Source: the human T2T-CHM13v2.0 reference genome, Homo sapiens. From it: a stretch of DNA of 64,000 bases. The position numbers were made by a program, and so were the translations under genes. The notes below the pieces were generated by a model. It saw only the letters and a list, made by a program, of their open reading frames with translations, was not told the origin of the DNA and did not search any database. Where the stretch lies: assembly GCF_009914755.1 (NCBI RefSeq), contig NC_060928.1; one strand, written 5' to 3'. Positions 11,440 to 22,989 of the stretch are shown here, piece after piece. Positions within the stretch are counted from its first letter, which is position 1. Each line of letters opens with the position of its first letter.

Positions 11440-14400
11440 ATTTTCTATTTAAAAATGTGCATTAGAAATAAACAAACCAGCTGGGTAATTACTGCTCAGT
11501 GTCTGGCAGTCGTTCATTATACGCTCCTCTGGGAAAGAAACAGGACTAAAAATTTTTCTGAGATGGCAGGGAAGACTGCAAGGAAAAATAAAGGCAGCAA
11601 TATTGTTGGATGAACCCGATTTAAATAATTTACAGCTAAAACATGAAAGCACAGTTTTTGAGACTCTGGGGTATTGCTGGATATGTTCTTTGTGTTAGGC
11701 TATGCTATTTGATTTTTAATTAAGTCTTCAAAGGGGCCGTATCAGTTCTCAAAAATGGTGGGACATTGGATATTTATCCAATGTAATAATACCTGGAGAG
11801 TAATAATACCTGGATTTTATCTCAGTTTTATTGCTTGGTTGAACTATTTAACTCGCAGAACCTGGTAACTCTTCAAAAACTATTGAAAGCTATGAAAAGA
11901 AAATACTTCTGCTTCTACAAGGGATTTTTATTTAATTAATTTATTTATTACTGTCATTTATTTATTTCCTTGGGCTATTAGTAGCTTTTGTTTTTCCTAT
12001 GTCAGATCAGTGTTTTCTGTATCTATGCTTGAAAACAAGAAGATTGGGATGGGGCTTATTATAGATTTCCTTTTAAAATAAAAATTAATTCCTACAATCA
12101 ACATGAACTACCTTTTTGCTGTTATATACTATAAAATTGTTAGTACTTTTTTTCATAGTAATACATTAATATACTTTGAAACAAATCCAGGTATTTCACT
12201 TCATGGAGAAGTTGACTATCAGCTCTTAGACAACATCATAATCTCACTTTCAACTGCATAAATTTTCCAAAACTCAATTCATCTGTCTCATGCTTTTCTT
12301 GACTGTTTTAAAATTACTTCTATGTCACAAAATATGCTTTATGTCTATGTTTCTGCCAACTTATGTTTGTAAAATATTTTTACATAGAAAGAATAAAAGC
12401 ATACACCTGGGTTGTGATTACTTCTCCAACTGCCTATTAATTATTTTTAATAATAAATATTTAGGTTATACATGGAAAGTTACAATTTCATTCAACATAA
12501 CACCATAAAACAGAAGGAATTGTAGCTTACTTAGAGAGAAAACTCCAATGTAAATATTACTGGCAAAACTTCCTGAAACTGCAGGGTTTTGAAAGAATTT
12601 GAAGAAAAAAAGCACGTGTCAAATTAGGAGTACATCTCTCCTCTACGAATAATGATTACGCTAGTAAGCTTAAGGAGAAAACTGCAAATGCGGTGTTTCA
12701 AGGTTCAGTTCTACTGTATAGATCTATTAAGCCTAGTTATATAAGACCTACGTTTCAGAGGAAATTCTAATTCCAAAGCTTAGTTTTTTATTTCCTTCAA
12801 TGTGAATATGAAAAGTCAAGGAAAAAAAATGCTTACCTCTTTCAGGAAATGGTCGGTATTACTATGGTCTGTTAATATCACTGAAGAATGACCTTTCCCA
12901 GATAATTAGGTTTTCCTGTTAACTGAAGTCTAACATTTTACTGCAATAAAGGTTATTAAATATAGCAAATTCTGAAGTTTCTTCTCTTAATAAAATACAA
13001 GGAAAATCAACTTAAAATACAATCCACAAGATCATGATTTTGAAAATCAGATTATTGTGCTCATGATAAGATAGATAAGATAGTGGATGTTGATGCTATA
13101 GGGCATAGTGGTGAATGTTATCTAGTCTAAGGAGTTAATCTGAAATGTGACTTCTTTGAATAAGAAAATTATTTGTAAGAAATTAGAATTTTGCTTATTG
13201 TTATCTTCTTCACATTTGTGTAATAATACAGCTCTCTGCAAAATATTTAATATATGGAGCTGAATTCGAGACAAAATTGCTTTTGCTCATGGCAAATTTC
13301 TGCTAGGCCCTAATATTTAGTGATAGTATCACATGTCTTTCCAGAATGTAGTAATAACTTCTACAGCTATTGAGGCCATATAGAGAACTCCCGGATGACA
13401 GGGATCTAAGAATATTCAAATGATTAAATATTTTTATTTGTTACTATTGTATAGTCTAGGTTGTCTTCTTAAATGTCCCAGCAGAAAGCAGAATGAATGG
13501 CCCATCTGCCACTAATGTACTATTAGGACTATTCCGTAAAGAATTTGGGATGGATGGAGAGTGGAGAATTGTTAGCTTCTCAGTACTGTGGAGACATTTA
13601 TCTTCTTTAGCCTGGCTTTGACCCTTTCTGTTTTCTTCCCTCATGGTTCTTGTTGATAACTGATGTCTCAGAACTATTTTTCTATGATTTTGGACTCTCA
13701 TTTCTTTTGTGCTCCTGTGGTTTGTTGCTTTCCTTTGCTTTTTATTTGTCCATTTTCCTGACATTTTTATCACTAATATACATCAGTCCTTTGCACTCAG
13801 AATGCAGAAGATTGTCAGGCTTCAGGTACTTCAGGTCTTCCTATACTTAGGTCTATTGGGGATTCCTAGATTATAGCCCTTGGCTTTAGTTAAATGAGCT
13901 GGTAAATCTTTATAGAGCTATCTTACTGTGTGCTAACATGAGGTTACTAACATAATACAGTTAAAGGGTTTCCCTGTATGCTAACAACAAGACATCATAA
14001 TGAATCTTAAAGATAGTGCATACAGACATATCAATATATTTGTTAATGCATTTTTCATGGCTGCCATTGCAGGAAGCTGGACTGGCCCTGACTGAGTGCA
14101 TTCAATGTCATTAAAGCGTAACAGAATTAATGAATAAGCAGCAAATGAAAGTCTAAAGCCCAACATAACAAAATTGGATAATATAAACACCATAATATAT
14201 TTATAAAAGTTATCTATGTGGGAACCACCCCACATAGAAAATCAATTTCTCTCTCTCTCTCCCTCGGGCTCCACTTCAGACTTCCTTGGCTACCCAAGGA
14301 TCACCTGAGTTTCATTATTATGTATGTGACTTTGTTTCTGGGCATGGACTTTTGTACAGGTAAATAAATTGTGAAGCAAATTCACAGAAACCACAGGGAA

Positions 14401-15314
14401 GGGAAGACCTATGCAGTACAATTATCAAAATATAGAAGTAGCAAGCTATGAATAAAATCTGCCTTTCCAGAAATATTAATGTATTGGGAACATCAGCTTA
14501 TTAAAGTCTAATATTAATACTTTAGAACACTTTTACTGCAGTCATTGCAAATTATAAAGATTAAAATATTCTAAAATCGCTTCTTGATAATTTTTTATAT
14601 AAAATTTATTTTATAATTTTCTCCAAAATCACTAGATGATGGAAGCCTTTTAATCATTCAACAATTTTACTATGCTACTTGCTGGTGATACAAATACTTG
14701 TACTTCAGTGTTTTTACTAAGTTTACAGGCTAGACAGGAGGACTAGTAATTGCATTTTTTAAACTAATACTAATCATAAATCAATACAAATGTTATTCAT
14801 AATGATGTTTATGAATGGTACTATTTACTTTTTATATAATGCCGGTGTATGAGATGTATAGCTGTAACACTAAGAAATCAAATTCACCATCATTATAATT
14901 TTAGAAAATTAGAGAATTGATCAGTAACCAGAGTTGGGTAGTTAATAACAAAATCATAAACAAACTATTTACATTTTAAGATCATTTTCCAGGTTTAAAA
15001 TAAACCTGGTTTGAAATTAATTGTATAAGCAAAGTCATACAAAGTGATATTTTCTACATCTTTAAGACATTTATTTGCTCTTGGTCATATTGAATTCTGC
15101 TCTAGAATTCAAGAAAACCACAATAAATTTTAAAAAGACAAAGACATACAAAAAAGTTTTAAAACATTGGATTATAGTATTTGTAGAAGGAAATTTAAAA
15201 AATGATTGCACTTGGGAAGAAATTTATGGATTAATTAACCCTACCTAGTATTCTACAAATGAAAGAACTGAGATCCTTAGGAACTTTTTCTATTATATTT
15301 CTTAAGGTAATGCT

Positions 15315-17412
15315 GATCACAAACAAGCATATTTTGCATCTTTCTTTCTGGTTTGTATGACTTTTTTTTCTTTTTCTTGCCCAATTTCTCTGGTTACGAC
15401 TTCTAGTACTATATTAAATAGAAGTGGTGAAAGAAGGAAACTTCGACTTGTTCCTGGTCTTAGATGGAAAGCTTTTATTTTCAACACTGAATATGACATT
15501 AGCTAAGGGGGCTTTTCAATTTCAGTCTTTATATCATACTGAGGTAATTATCTTCTATTTCTGGTTTCTTAAGAGTTTTATGAACACAGGATGCTGAACT
15601 TGATAAAACACTTTTTATGTATCTATTGAGAAGATCATGAAATTTTACCTCTTATTCAGTTAATGTAGTTTATCACATTAATTTATTTTTATATTTTGAA
15701 CCATCATTGCATCCTAGGGATAGACACCAATTGATTATGGTGTAGGATAATTTTAATGTGCTGTTAAGTTCACCTTATATATTGAAAACCTTAAAAACTT
15801 CATTTTTTTAAAAGCTGTTAGAACTAATACAAAAACTCAGTAAATTTGCAGGGTACAAAACTTCACATATGAAAATCAATTGTATTTCTATACACTAACA
15901 ACAAACTATGTGAAAAAGAAATTAAGAAAATACCATTACCAATAGGACCAAAAATAATAAAATACTTAGAAATAAGCTAAAGAGATAAAAGATTTATACA
16001 CTGAAAACTACAAAATATTAATGAAAGAAGAAATAAACAAATGGAAAGACAGCCTATGCTCAGGATTCAAAGGCTTAACAGAATAGAGAGCCCAGAAATA
16101 AACCCTTGCATATATGTTCAAACTAATCTTCAAAAAGGGTGCCAAGAATACACAGTGAGGTAAAGCAATCTCTTGAACAAATAGTGGGAAAACTGGGTAT
16201 CCACATGCAAAAATTAGAATTTGACCCTTATTCTACATCATAGAAAAAAGTTAACTAAATAAATAAAAAGACTTTAATGTAAGACCTGAAACTGTAAAAC
16301 CTCTAGAAGAAACACACAGGGAAAAAGCTTCATGACATAGGACAGAGCTATGATTTTGTGGATATGACATCAAAAGCACAGAAAACAAAAGCAAAAATGG
16401 AGAAATGAGACTACCTCAAACTAAAAAGCTTTTGTACAAAGAAAACAACAGAGTAAACAGTCAACTACAGAATGGGGGAAAATATTTGCAAAACATATAT
16501 CTGATAAGGGGTTAACTCTAAAACAGATAAGGAACTCCTACAAGCCAGGAGTAAAAATCAAACAAACAAAAACGAATACCTGATTAAAAATTGGGCTAAA
16601 TACTTGATACTTTTCAAAGAAGTCATACAAATGACCAAAAGGTGTATGAAAAGATGCTCAATGTTATTAATTATCATGGAAATGCAAATCAAAACCACAA
16701 TGGGGTATCACCTCACATCTGTTAGGATTGCTATTACAAAAAAATAGACAAAATAGTAATAACAAGTGTTGGGGAGGATGTAGAGAAATTGGAAACTTTG
16801 TACACTGTTGATGGGAATGGAAAATGGTACAGCTGGAACAATTACAAAAATAGAATTTGCATATCAACCAGTAGTCCCACTTCTGATATTTGTCCAAATA
16901 ACTGGAATCAGGGACTCAAGGCGATATTTGTACCTCCATGCTCATTACAGCATTAGTCACAGTAGTCAAGATGCGGAAATAGCCTAAAGATTCATTGACA
17001 GATGAGTAGATGAAGGAAATGCAGTATGTACCTGCAACAGAGTATCATTCAGCCTTAGAAAAGAAGGAAATCCTGCCATATGTGACAACGTGGATGATCC
17101 CGGAGGACATTATGCTAAGTGAAATAAACCAGTCACAGAAGGACAATTACTGCATTGTTCCACTTATATGAGGTGTCTAAAATAGTCAAACCCACAGAAT
17201 CATATAGTGGAATGGTTGTTGCCAGGGACTGGTGGGAAGGAGAAATGGGCAGTTGCTAATCAACAGGCGTAAAATTTCAGTTAATTAAAATGAATAAATT
17301 CTAGAGATCTTCAGTATAATGTTGTGCCTATAGTTAAAAACACTCTATAGTGTACTTAAAAATTTATTAATAGAAAAGTCTCATATCATTTTCTTACCAC
17401 AATAAAATAAAA
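15315..17412 (+). mobile_element. L1MB1/L1MA10-like 5'-inverted L1 (15315-15773 inverted, 15774-17412 sense)
   Basis: Minus-strand RT fragment (ORF 15317..15499 LLSPLLFNIVLEV) abuts sense ORF2 resuming CTTATATATTGAAAACC; 3' end ...CTTACCACAATAAAATAAAA. Confidence 0.85.
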
Positions 17413-17417
17413 ACTTA

Positions 17418-17690
17418 AATATATATATTTTATATATTATATATTTAATATATATTAAATAAATATATATTTTATATATAATATATAAAATATATATTTA
17501 ATATATTTATATGTTATATATATTTATATATAAGTTATATATATTTATACATGTTATATATATTTATATATATTATATATATTTATATATGTTATATATT
17601 AATATATATAAGTTATATATATTTATATATGTTATATATATTTATATATGTTATATATATTTATATATAAGTTATATATATATTTATATA
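17418..17690. repeat. AT-rich TA-derived minisatellite (~19-20 bp unit like ATTTATATATGTTATATAT)
   Basis: Read directly from sequence. Confidence 0.9.
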
Positions 17691-18026
17691 CTACTCAGCC
17701 ATTAAAAGGAACAAAATAATATCTTTTGCAGCAACTTGGATGGAGCTGGAGGCCATTATTCTAAGTGAAGTAACACAGGAGTGGAAAACCAAAAACTGCA
17801 TGTTTTCACTTATAAGTGGCAGCTAAGCTATGAGTACACAAAGGCATACAGAGTAATATAATGGACCTTAAAGTCTCAGAAGGGGAGGGTGTGAGAGGGG
17901 CTAGGGATAAAAAAAATTACACATTAGTTTCAATGTACACTAAAATCTCAGAATTCACCACTATATAATTCATCCATGTAACAAAAAAACACTTGTACCC
18001 CAAAAGATACTGAAATAAGAAAAAAT
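17688..18026 (+). mobile_element. L1PB (L1PB3-like) 3' end
   Basis: TACTACTCAGCCAT...GCAGCAACTTGGATGGAGCTGGAGGCCATTATTCTAAGTGAAGTAAC...CACTTGTACCCCAAAAG. Confidence 0.88.
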
Positions 18027-18069
18027 ATACATACATAGATAGAGACACAGATAGATAATGTGTCACAGA

Positions 18070-18467
18070 TAGATAATAATAGATATTATTATAAATGAAG
18101 CCAAAAATTTCAATAGCTTAACCAAATAAATGTGTATTTACTTTTAATAGAAAAATCTAATGAGAGATTCAGATTGCAGACATATCTTCTCTAAGAAACA
18201 TTTTGTAGATCCAGACTCCTCTTTTCATCTTGTAGAATTGTTGTTTCCAAGATATGGTGCTCAAGTTTGCTAAGCTCACCTATACAAAGTCAGCTGTGGA
18301 ATAAAGCATGAGGAGGCTTTTACATGGAAGAATTTGATTGGCCAAACCTGGGACTAGGACGAACATCCCAACTAAGTCACATGTCAAATCTAATGGAAAG
18401 GAAGGCAGGGAATATCCATCTAGTTTTGTATGTAGAAAATGGAGAAAGAGAAAACCAATCTGCCACA
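18070..18467 (-). mobile_element. Old MLT1 LTR (J/K/L-like)
   Basis: AACTAAGTCACATGTC...GGAAGGCAGGGAA...AATCTGCCACA. Confidence 0.55.
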
Positions 18468-19357
18468 AATCATTCTTGGCACAAGGAAAATTTGATGCAG
18501 ATTTTCAAATAATTTCTTTTGTAAAATTCAATGTAATATAAGACATAAATATTGTCTAAATATAAGGTAATTCTTCATGGTCATCTAAGTCCATATAATA
18601 ATATTTTATAAATCATTAACTTTTAACTCAGAATGAAATCAGAGCAATAATTAGATTATTTGTAATTGTTGGTAACTGATGTAGTATCCATCTTGAAGAT
18701 ATTTTAGAGAAATTGTATGAAGCACTGATATTTTTCAATAACACTGATGCTCCATGGTGAGCAGATATATTCAAACCTACCCTCAAGGTCCGAGGGAGCT
18801 GAAAGGCTGAAGAAAGAGGCTGACAGATCCAGTTTATCAGAAGGAAAGATTTAATAGAGATGTAAGAACAGAATCAATGTCTTGAAAGGCCACAAGATGG
18901 TGTATCTCCACACTCACTCTCCAGAAAATGTCCTTCATTTAGCAAGCATTTAGGGTAAAGACATATGTGGTTGGTCACATCTCAGACTTTTTTGCTGAAA
19001 CTCTTGACCACTGGGTGAAACCACACTTGCAAAAGTATAACATTGAGAGAAAGCTGATATAACTGACCTCATCTTACTTGTAATCTCATAAGCCTCTGCT
19101 TATTCCTGCATGTAGGCCAAGCTAACTGTGGGAGGAATTTATAGTTGAACTTTAAAGCAAGAATGATGATTGTTCCTTCCTAAAACTAACACCTTCCTTG
19201 TTCAGGGACGAAAACCACTTCTGTAAAACTAATGAAAGGCCACAAGGTTAGAATTATACTAGAGACTTGAATTCTGCCAAGACTTAGACATAGTTAAATA
19301 ATAACTAGTCATTGTTTTCTAACTTGCCTTTTTGTAAATGCTTATAACTTAGAAGTC

Positions 19358-19786
19358 TGGTATGATTTGGACATATGTCCCTGCCCAAATCTCATGTTCA
19401 ATTGTTATCCCCAGTGTTGGAGGTGGGGCCTGGTAGGAGGTGATTAGACCATGAGGGCAGTTTTTCATGAATGATTTAGCATCATCTTCTTGATGCTGTT
19501 CTTGTGTTAGTAAGTGAATTCTCATAAGATCTGACTGTTTAAAAGTGTGTAGCTCTTCCCCCAACCCTCTCTTTTGCACCTACTCTGGGATGTGAAGTGC
19601 AAGATCCCCCTTCACCTTCAGCCACGATTGTAAGTTTCCTGAGGCTTTCCCAGGAGCCAAGCAGATTCCAGCATCATGCTTCCTGAACAGCCTGTAGAAC
19701 CATGAGCCAATTAAAAAACCTCTTTTCTTTATAAATTATCCAATCTCACATATTTCTTTATAGCAATATTAGAATGGACTAACACA
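19358..19786 (+). mobile_element. MSTA solo LTR
   Basis: TGGTATGATTTGG...CCCAAATCTCATGTT...GAATGGACTAACACA, 429 bp; TSD AAGTC/TAGTC. Confidence 0.9.
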
Positions 19787-20164
19787 TAGTCACTACCTGG
19801 TGGTCATAAAATTTGTAACTTTCCTAATTGACCCTATAGATAACATGACTACTGTAAAACCTAAGACTGGAGTTTGAGATATTTTTCTGAGTTTGCATTC
19901 TGGTGGACCAACTGATGCCAGCTGGACCAGTGACCTCACCCAGAAACTGACTCAGCACACCAAGAGAGTTTCGGCATTTCAAAACCGTGATTTCATTTCT
20001 AACACAGTCAATCAGTAGAACCAATTCTGTAGGCCCTGCCCACCAAATCATCCTTAAAAATCCAAGTCTGCAAAGTCTCAGGGAGATGGATTTGAGAAAT
20101 AGCTTGTGTCCTTCTTGCCTGGCTGCCTTTTGATTATTAAGCTCATTCTCTGCTGCAACACCCA

Positions 20165-20236
20165 CTGTCATAGTGCATTGAGATTTGCCTGTCATAGTGT
20201 ATTGAGATTTGCCTGTCATAGTGTATTGAGATTTGC
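20165..20236. repeat. 3 x 24-bp tandem repeat CTGTCATAGTGYATTGAGATTTGC
   Basis: Read directly; one mismatch among three units. Confidence 0.95.
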
Positions 20237-20564
20237 TGTGCAGCAGGCAAGAAGCACCCATTGAACTGTTACATTGGGAGATTAGATAAGAATCTATACA
20301 AGGAGTTATTTATATTATAGGCATTGCTTTAAGACCATGCTATGGAACATGTTGGTAGGCAGGACTCAAACATCAGTCATCATGGAGGCTTTGCATAAAG
20401 GTGGCATCACTTTTACCATGCAGCAGGCTGTTTTTCAACAACTGATATTTTGATTAAAAAATAGGAACATTAAATTGATTATACTGTCATAGGTCTTTTA
20501 TTCAATAAATAAATATTTTCTTCTGTTTTTCAAACTCTTCTTGCTCTTACTTTGATTTGATTCC

Positions 20565-22944
20565 TATATTAGTTAGTTCTTACATTACTATAAAGAACTA
20601 CCTAAGACTGGGTAATTTATAAAGAAAGGAGGTTTAATTGTCTCATAGTTACACAGGCTGCACAGTAAGCATGACTTGCAGGCCTCAGGAAATTTACAAT
20701 CACGGCAGAAGAGTAAAAGGGAAGCAAGCATGTCTTCACATGGCAGCAAGAGAGTGAGAGAGCAAGGAGAGAAGTGCTACACATTTTTAACAACCATATC
20801 TCATGAGAACTCACTATCACAAGAACAGCAAAGGGAAAATCTGCCCCCATGATCCCCACTCCCCACCAGGTCCCTTCCCCAAAATTAGGAATTAAAATTC
20901 AACATGAGATTTGGGTGGGGACACAGAGCCAAACCATATTATTCTGCCCTAGGCTGCTCCCAAATCTCATGTCCTTCTCACACTGCAAAACACAATCATG
21001 TCTTCCCTCAAATCCCCCAAAGTCTTAACTAATTTCATCATTAACTCAAAAGATCAAGTACAAAGTCTCATGTGAGACAAGGAAAGTCTTCTGCCTATGA
21101 GCTTATAAAAGCAAAAACAAGTTAGTTACTTCCAACATACACTGGATGTACAGGCATTGGGTAAATGATCCCATTTCAAATGGGAGAAATTGGCAAAACA
21201 ACAACAACATCAAAAACAGGGCTACAAGCACCAAGAATGTGTGAAGCCCAACAAGGCAGTCATTAAATCTTAAAGCACCAAAATAAGCTCCTTTGACTCC
21301 ATGTCTCACATCAAGGCAACACTGATGCAAAGGGTGGGCTCCTAAGGCTTGAGTAGCTCCACCCCGGTGGCTCTGCAGGGAATAGCCTCTGCAGTTGCTT
21401 TCATGGGGTGATATTGAGTGCCTTTTGGCTTTTCAAGGTTCACAGTGCAACCTATCAATGAATCTACCATTCTGAGGTCTGGAGGATAATGGTCCTCTTC
21501 TCACAGCTCCAATAGGGCTGTGTTCCAGTGGGGACTCTGTGTAGGTGCTGGCTCCAAACCCACTTTTCTCCTCTGCCCTGCCCCAATAGAGAAGCTCTTT
21601 ATGAGTGTTCTGCCCCTGCAGCAGACTTCTGCCTGGAAATCCAGGCATTTCTATTAATCCTCTGAAACCTAAGGAGAGGCTTCCAAGCCTCAATTCTTGC
21701 ATTCTGCATATCCACAGGCCCAATACCACATAGACTCTGCCAAAGTTTGGGGCTTACACCCTCTGAAGCAATGGCCCATTTGTACATTGGCCCCTTTTAG
21801 CTACAGCTGGGGCTGGGAAGGCTGGGACACAGGATGTCTTGTCCCAAGACTGTACAGAGCAGTGGAGCCCTGAGTCTGTGTCACAAAATCAGTTTTCCAT
21901 CTTGGGTATCCAGTCCTGTGATGGGAGGGGCTGCTGCAAAGGTCTCTGACATGCCCTGTAGACATCTTCCTCATTTTCTTGGGTATTAACATTAAGCTGT
22001 TTTTACTTGTGCAAATTTTTCCAGTTGGCTTAAATTTATCCACAAAAAATGGGTTTTTCTTTTCTACCACATGGTCAGCCTGCACATTTTCAAAACTTTA
22101 ATGCTCTTCTTCCCTTTTAAATATAAGTTTTGGTTTCAGATCATCTCTTTGTGAACATACATAGCTGTATGCTCTTAGGAGCAGCCAGGTCAGTTCTTGA
22201 ATGCTTTGCTGCTTAGAAATTTCTTCTGCCAGATACCTTAAGTTGTCTCTCTCAAGTTCAAAGTTCCTCAGATTTCTAGAGCAGAGGCACAATGCCACCA
22301 GTCTCTTTGCTAAAGCATATGAAGACTGATGTTTAATCCAGTTCCCAATAAGTTCCTCATCTCCATCTGAGAGCTCAGCATGGCCATCTCTGTCCCTATC
22401 ACTACCAGAATGTTGGTAAAAGCCATTCAACAAGTCTCTATGAAATTCCAAACTTTCCGTCATCTTTCTATTTTCTTCTGAGCCCTCCAAATGGTTCCAA
22501 CTTCTCCGTGTTACCCAGTTCCAAAGTTGTTTCCACATATCTTCACAGCAGTACCCCACTCCAGGTACCAATTTTCTTTATTGGTCTGTTTCTACACTGC
22601 TATAAAGAACTAGCTGAGACTGGGTAATTTATTTAACAAGACATTTAAATGATTTACAGTTCCACAGGCTCAATAGGAAGCATGACTGGGAGGCCTCAGG
22701 AAACTTACAACCATGGCAGAAGGGGAAGGTGAAGCAAGAACCTTCTTCACATGGTGGCAGGAGAGAGAGACAGTGAAGGTGGAAGCAGCACACACTTTTA
22801 AACCTTCAGATATTATGAGAACTCACTCACTATCATGAGAACAGCAAGGGGAAAATCTGCCCCCATGATCCAATCACCTCCAACAAGGCCCCTCCTCAAA
22901 TTTGACATGAGATTTGGGTGGCAACACAAATCCAAACCATATCA
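20565..22944 (-). mobile_element. Full MaLR provirus (MSTA/THE1D-type): LTR 20565-20941, internal 20942-22576, LTR 22577-22944
   Basis: Two ~370-bp LTRs ending CCAAACCATATYA flank ~1.6 kb of MaLR internal sequence. Confidence 0.92.
22098..22571 (-). pseudogene. MaLR internal gag-like ORF remnant
   Basis: ORF translation WKQLWNWVT...LEGSEENRKM.ESLE..RDLLNGF...SDGDEELIGNW...LAEEISKQQSIQ characteristic of THE1/MST internal sequence. Confidence 0.85.
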
Positions 22945-22989
22945 ATCAATAAGGAGAAAAACAAAAAATATTTAAAGATACCTGTTTTG

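Larger units (their letters stand above)
19016..20273 (+). mobile_element. LTR8-family solo LTR, interrupted by MSTA
   Basis: Starts TGAAACCACACTTGCAAAA, ends GAAGCACCCATTGAACTGTTACA; flanks CTGGG/TTGGG. Confidence 0.8.
18748..20440 (-). mobile_element. LTR47-like solo LTR (pieces 18748-19015 and 20274-20440), host of nested LTRs
   Basis: TG...CA termini, perfect 5-bp TSD ACTGA (18743-18747 / 20441-20445); GAGGGAGCTGAAAGGCTGAAGAAAGAGGCTGACAGATCCAG motif. Confidence 0.75.

Noticed and set aside
13456-13850. 105-aa Lys/Arg-rich ORF and opposing hydrophobic ORF
   Set aside because: Explained by a pyrimidine-rich tract; no recognisable domain or convincing exon structure.
17511-17705. Tyr/Ile-rich ORF
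   Set aside because: Translation of the TA minisatellite.
19824-20261. 145-aa ORF with GKSQYTMT repeats
   Set aside because: Antisense to an LTR8; the peptide repeat just reflects the 24-bp tandem repeat.
21103-22571. Run of minus-strand ORFs resembling a gene
   Set aside because: Fragments of the MaLR internal region.
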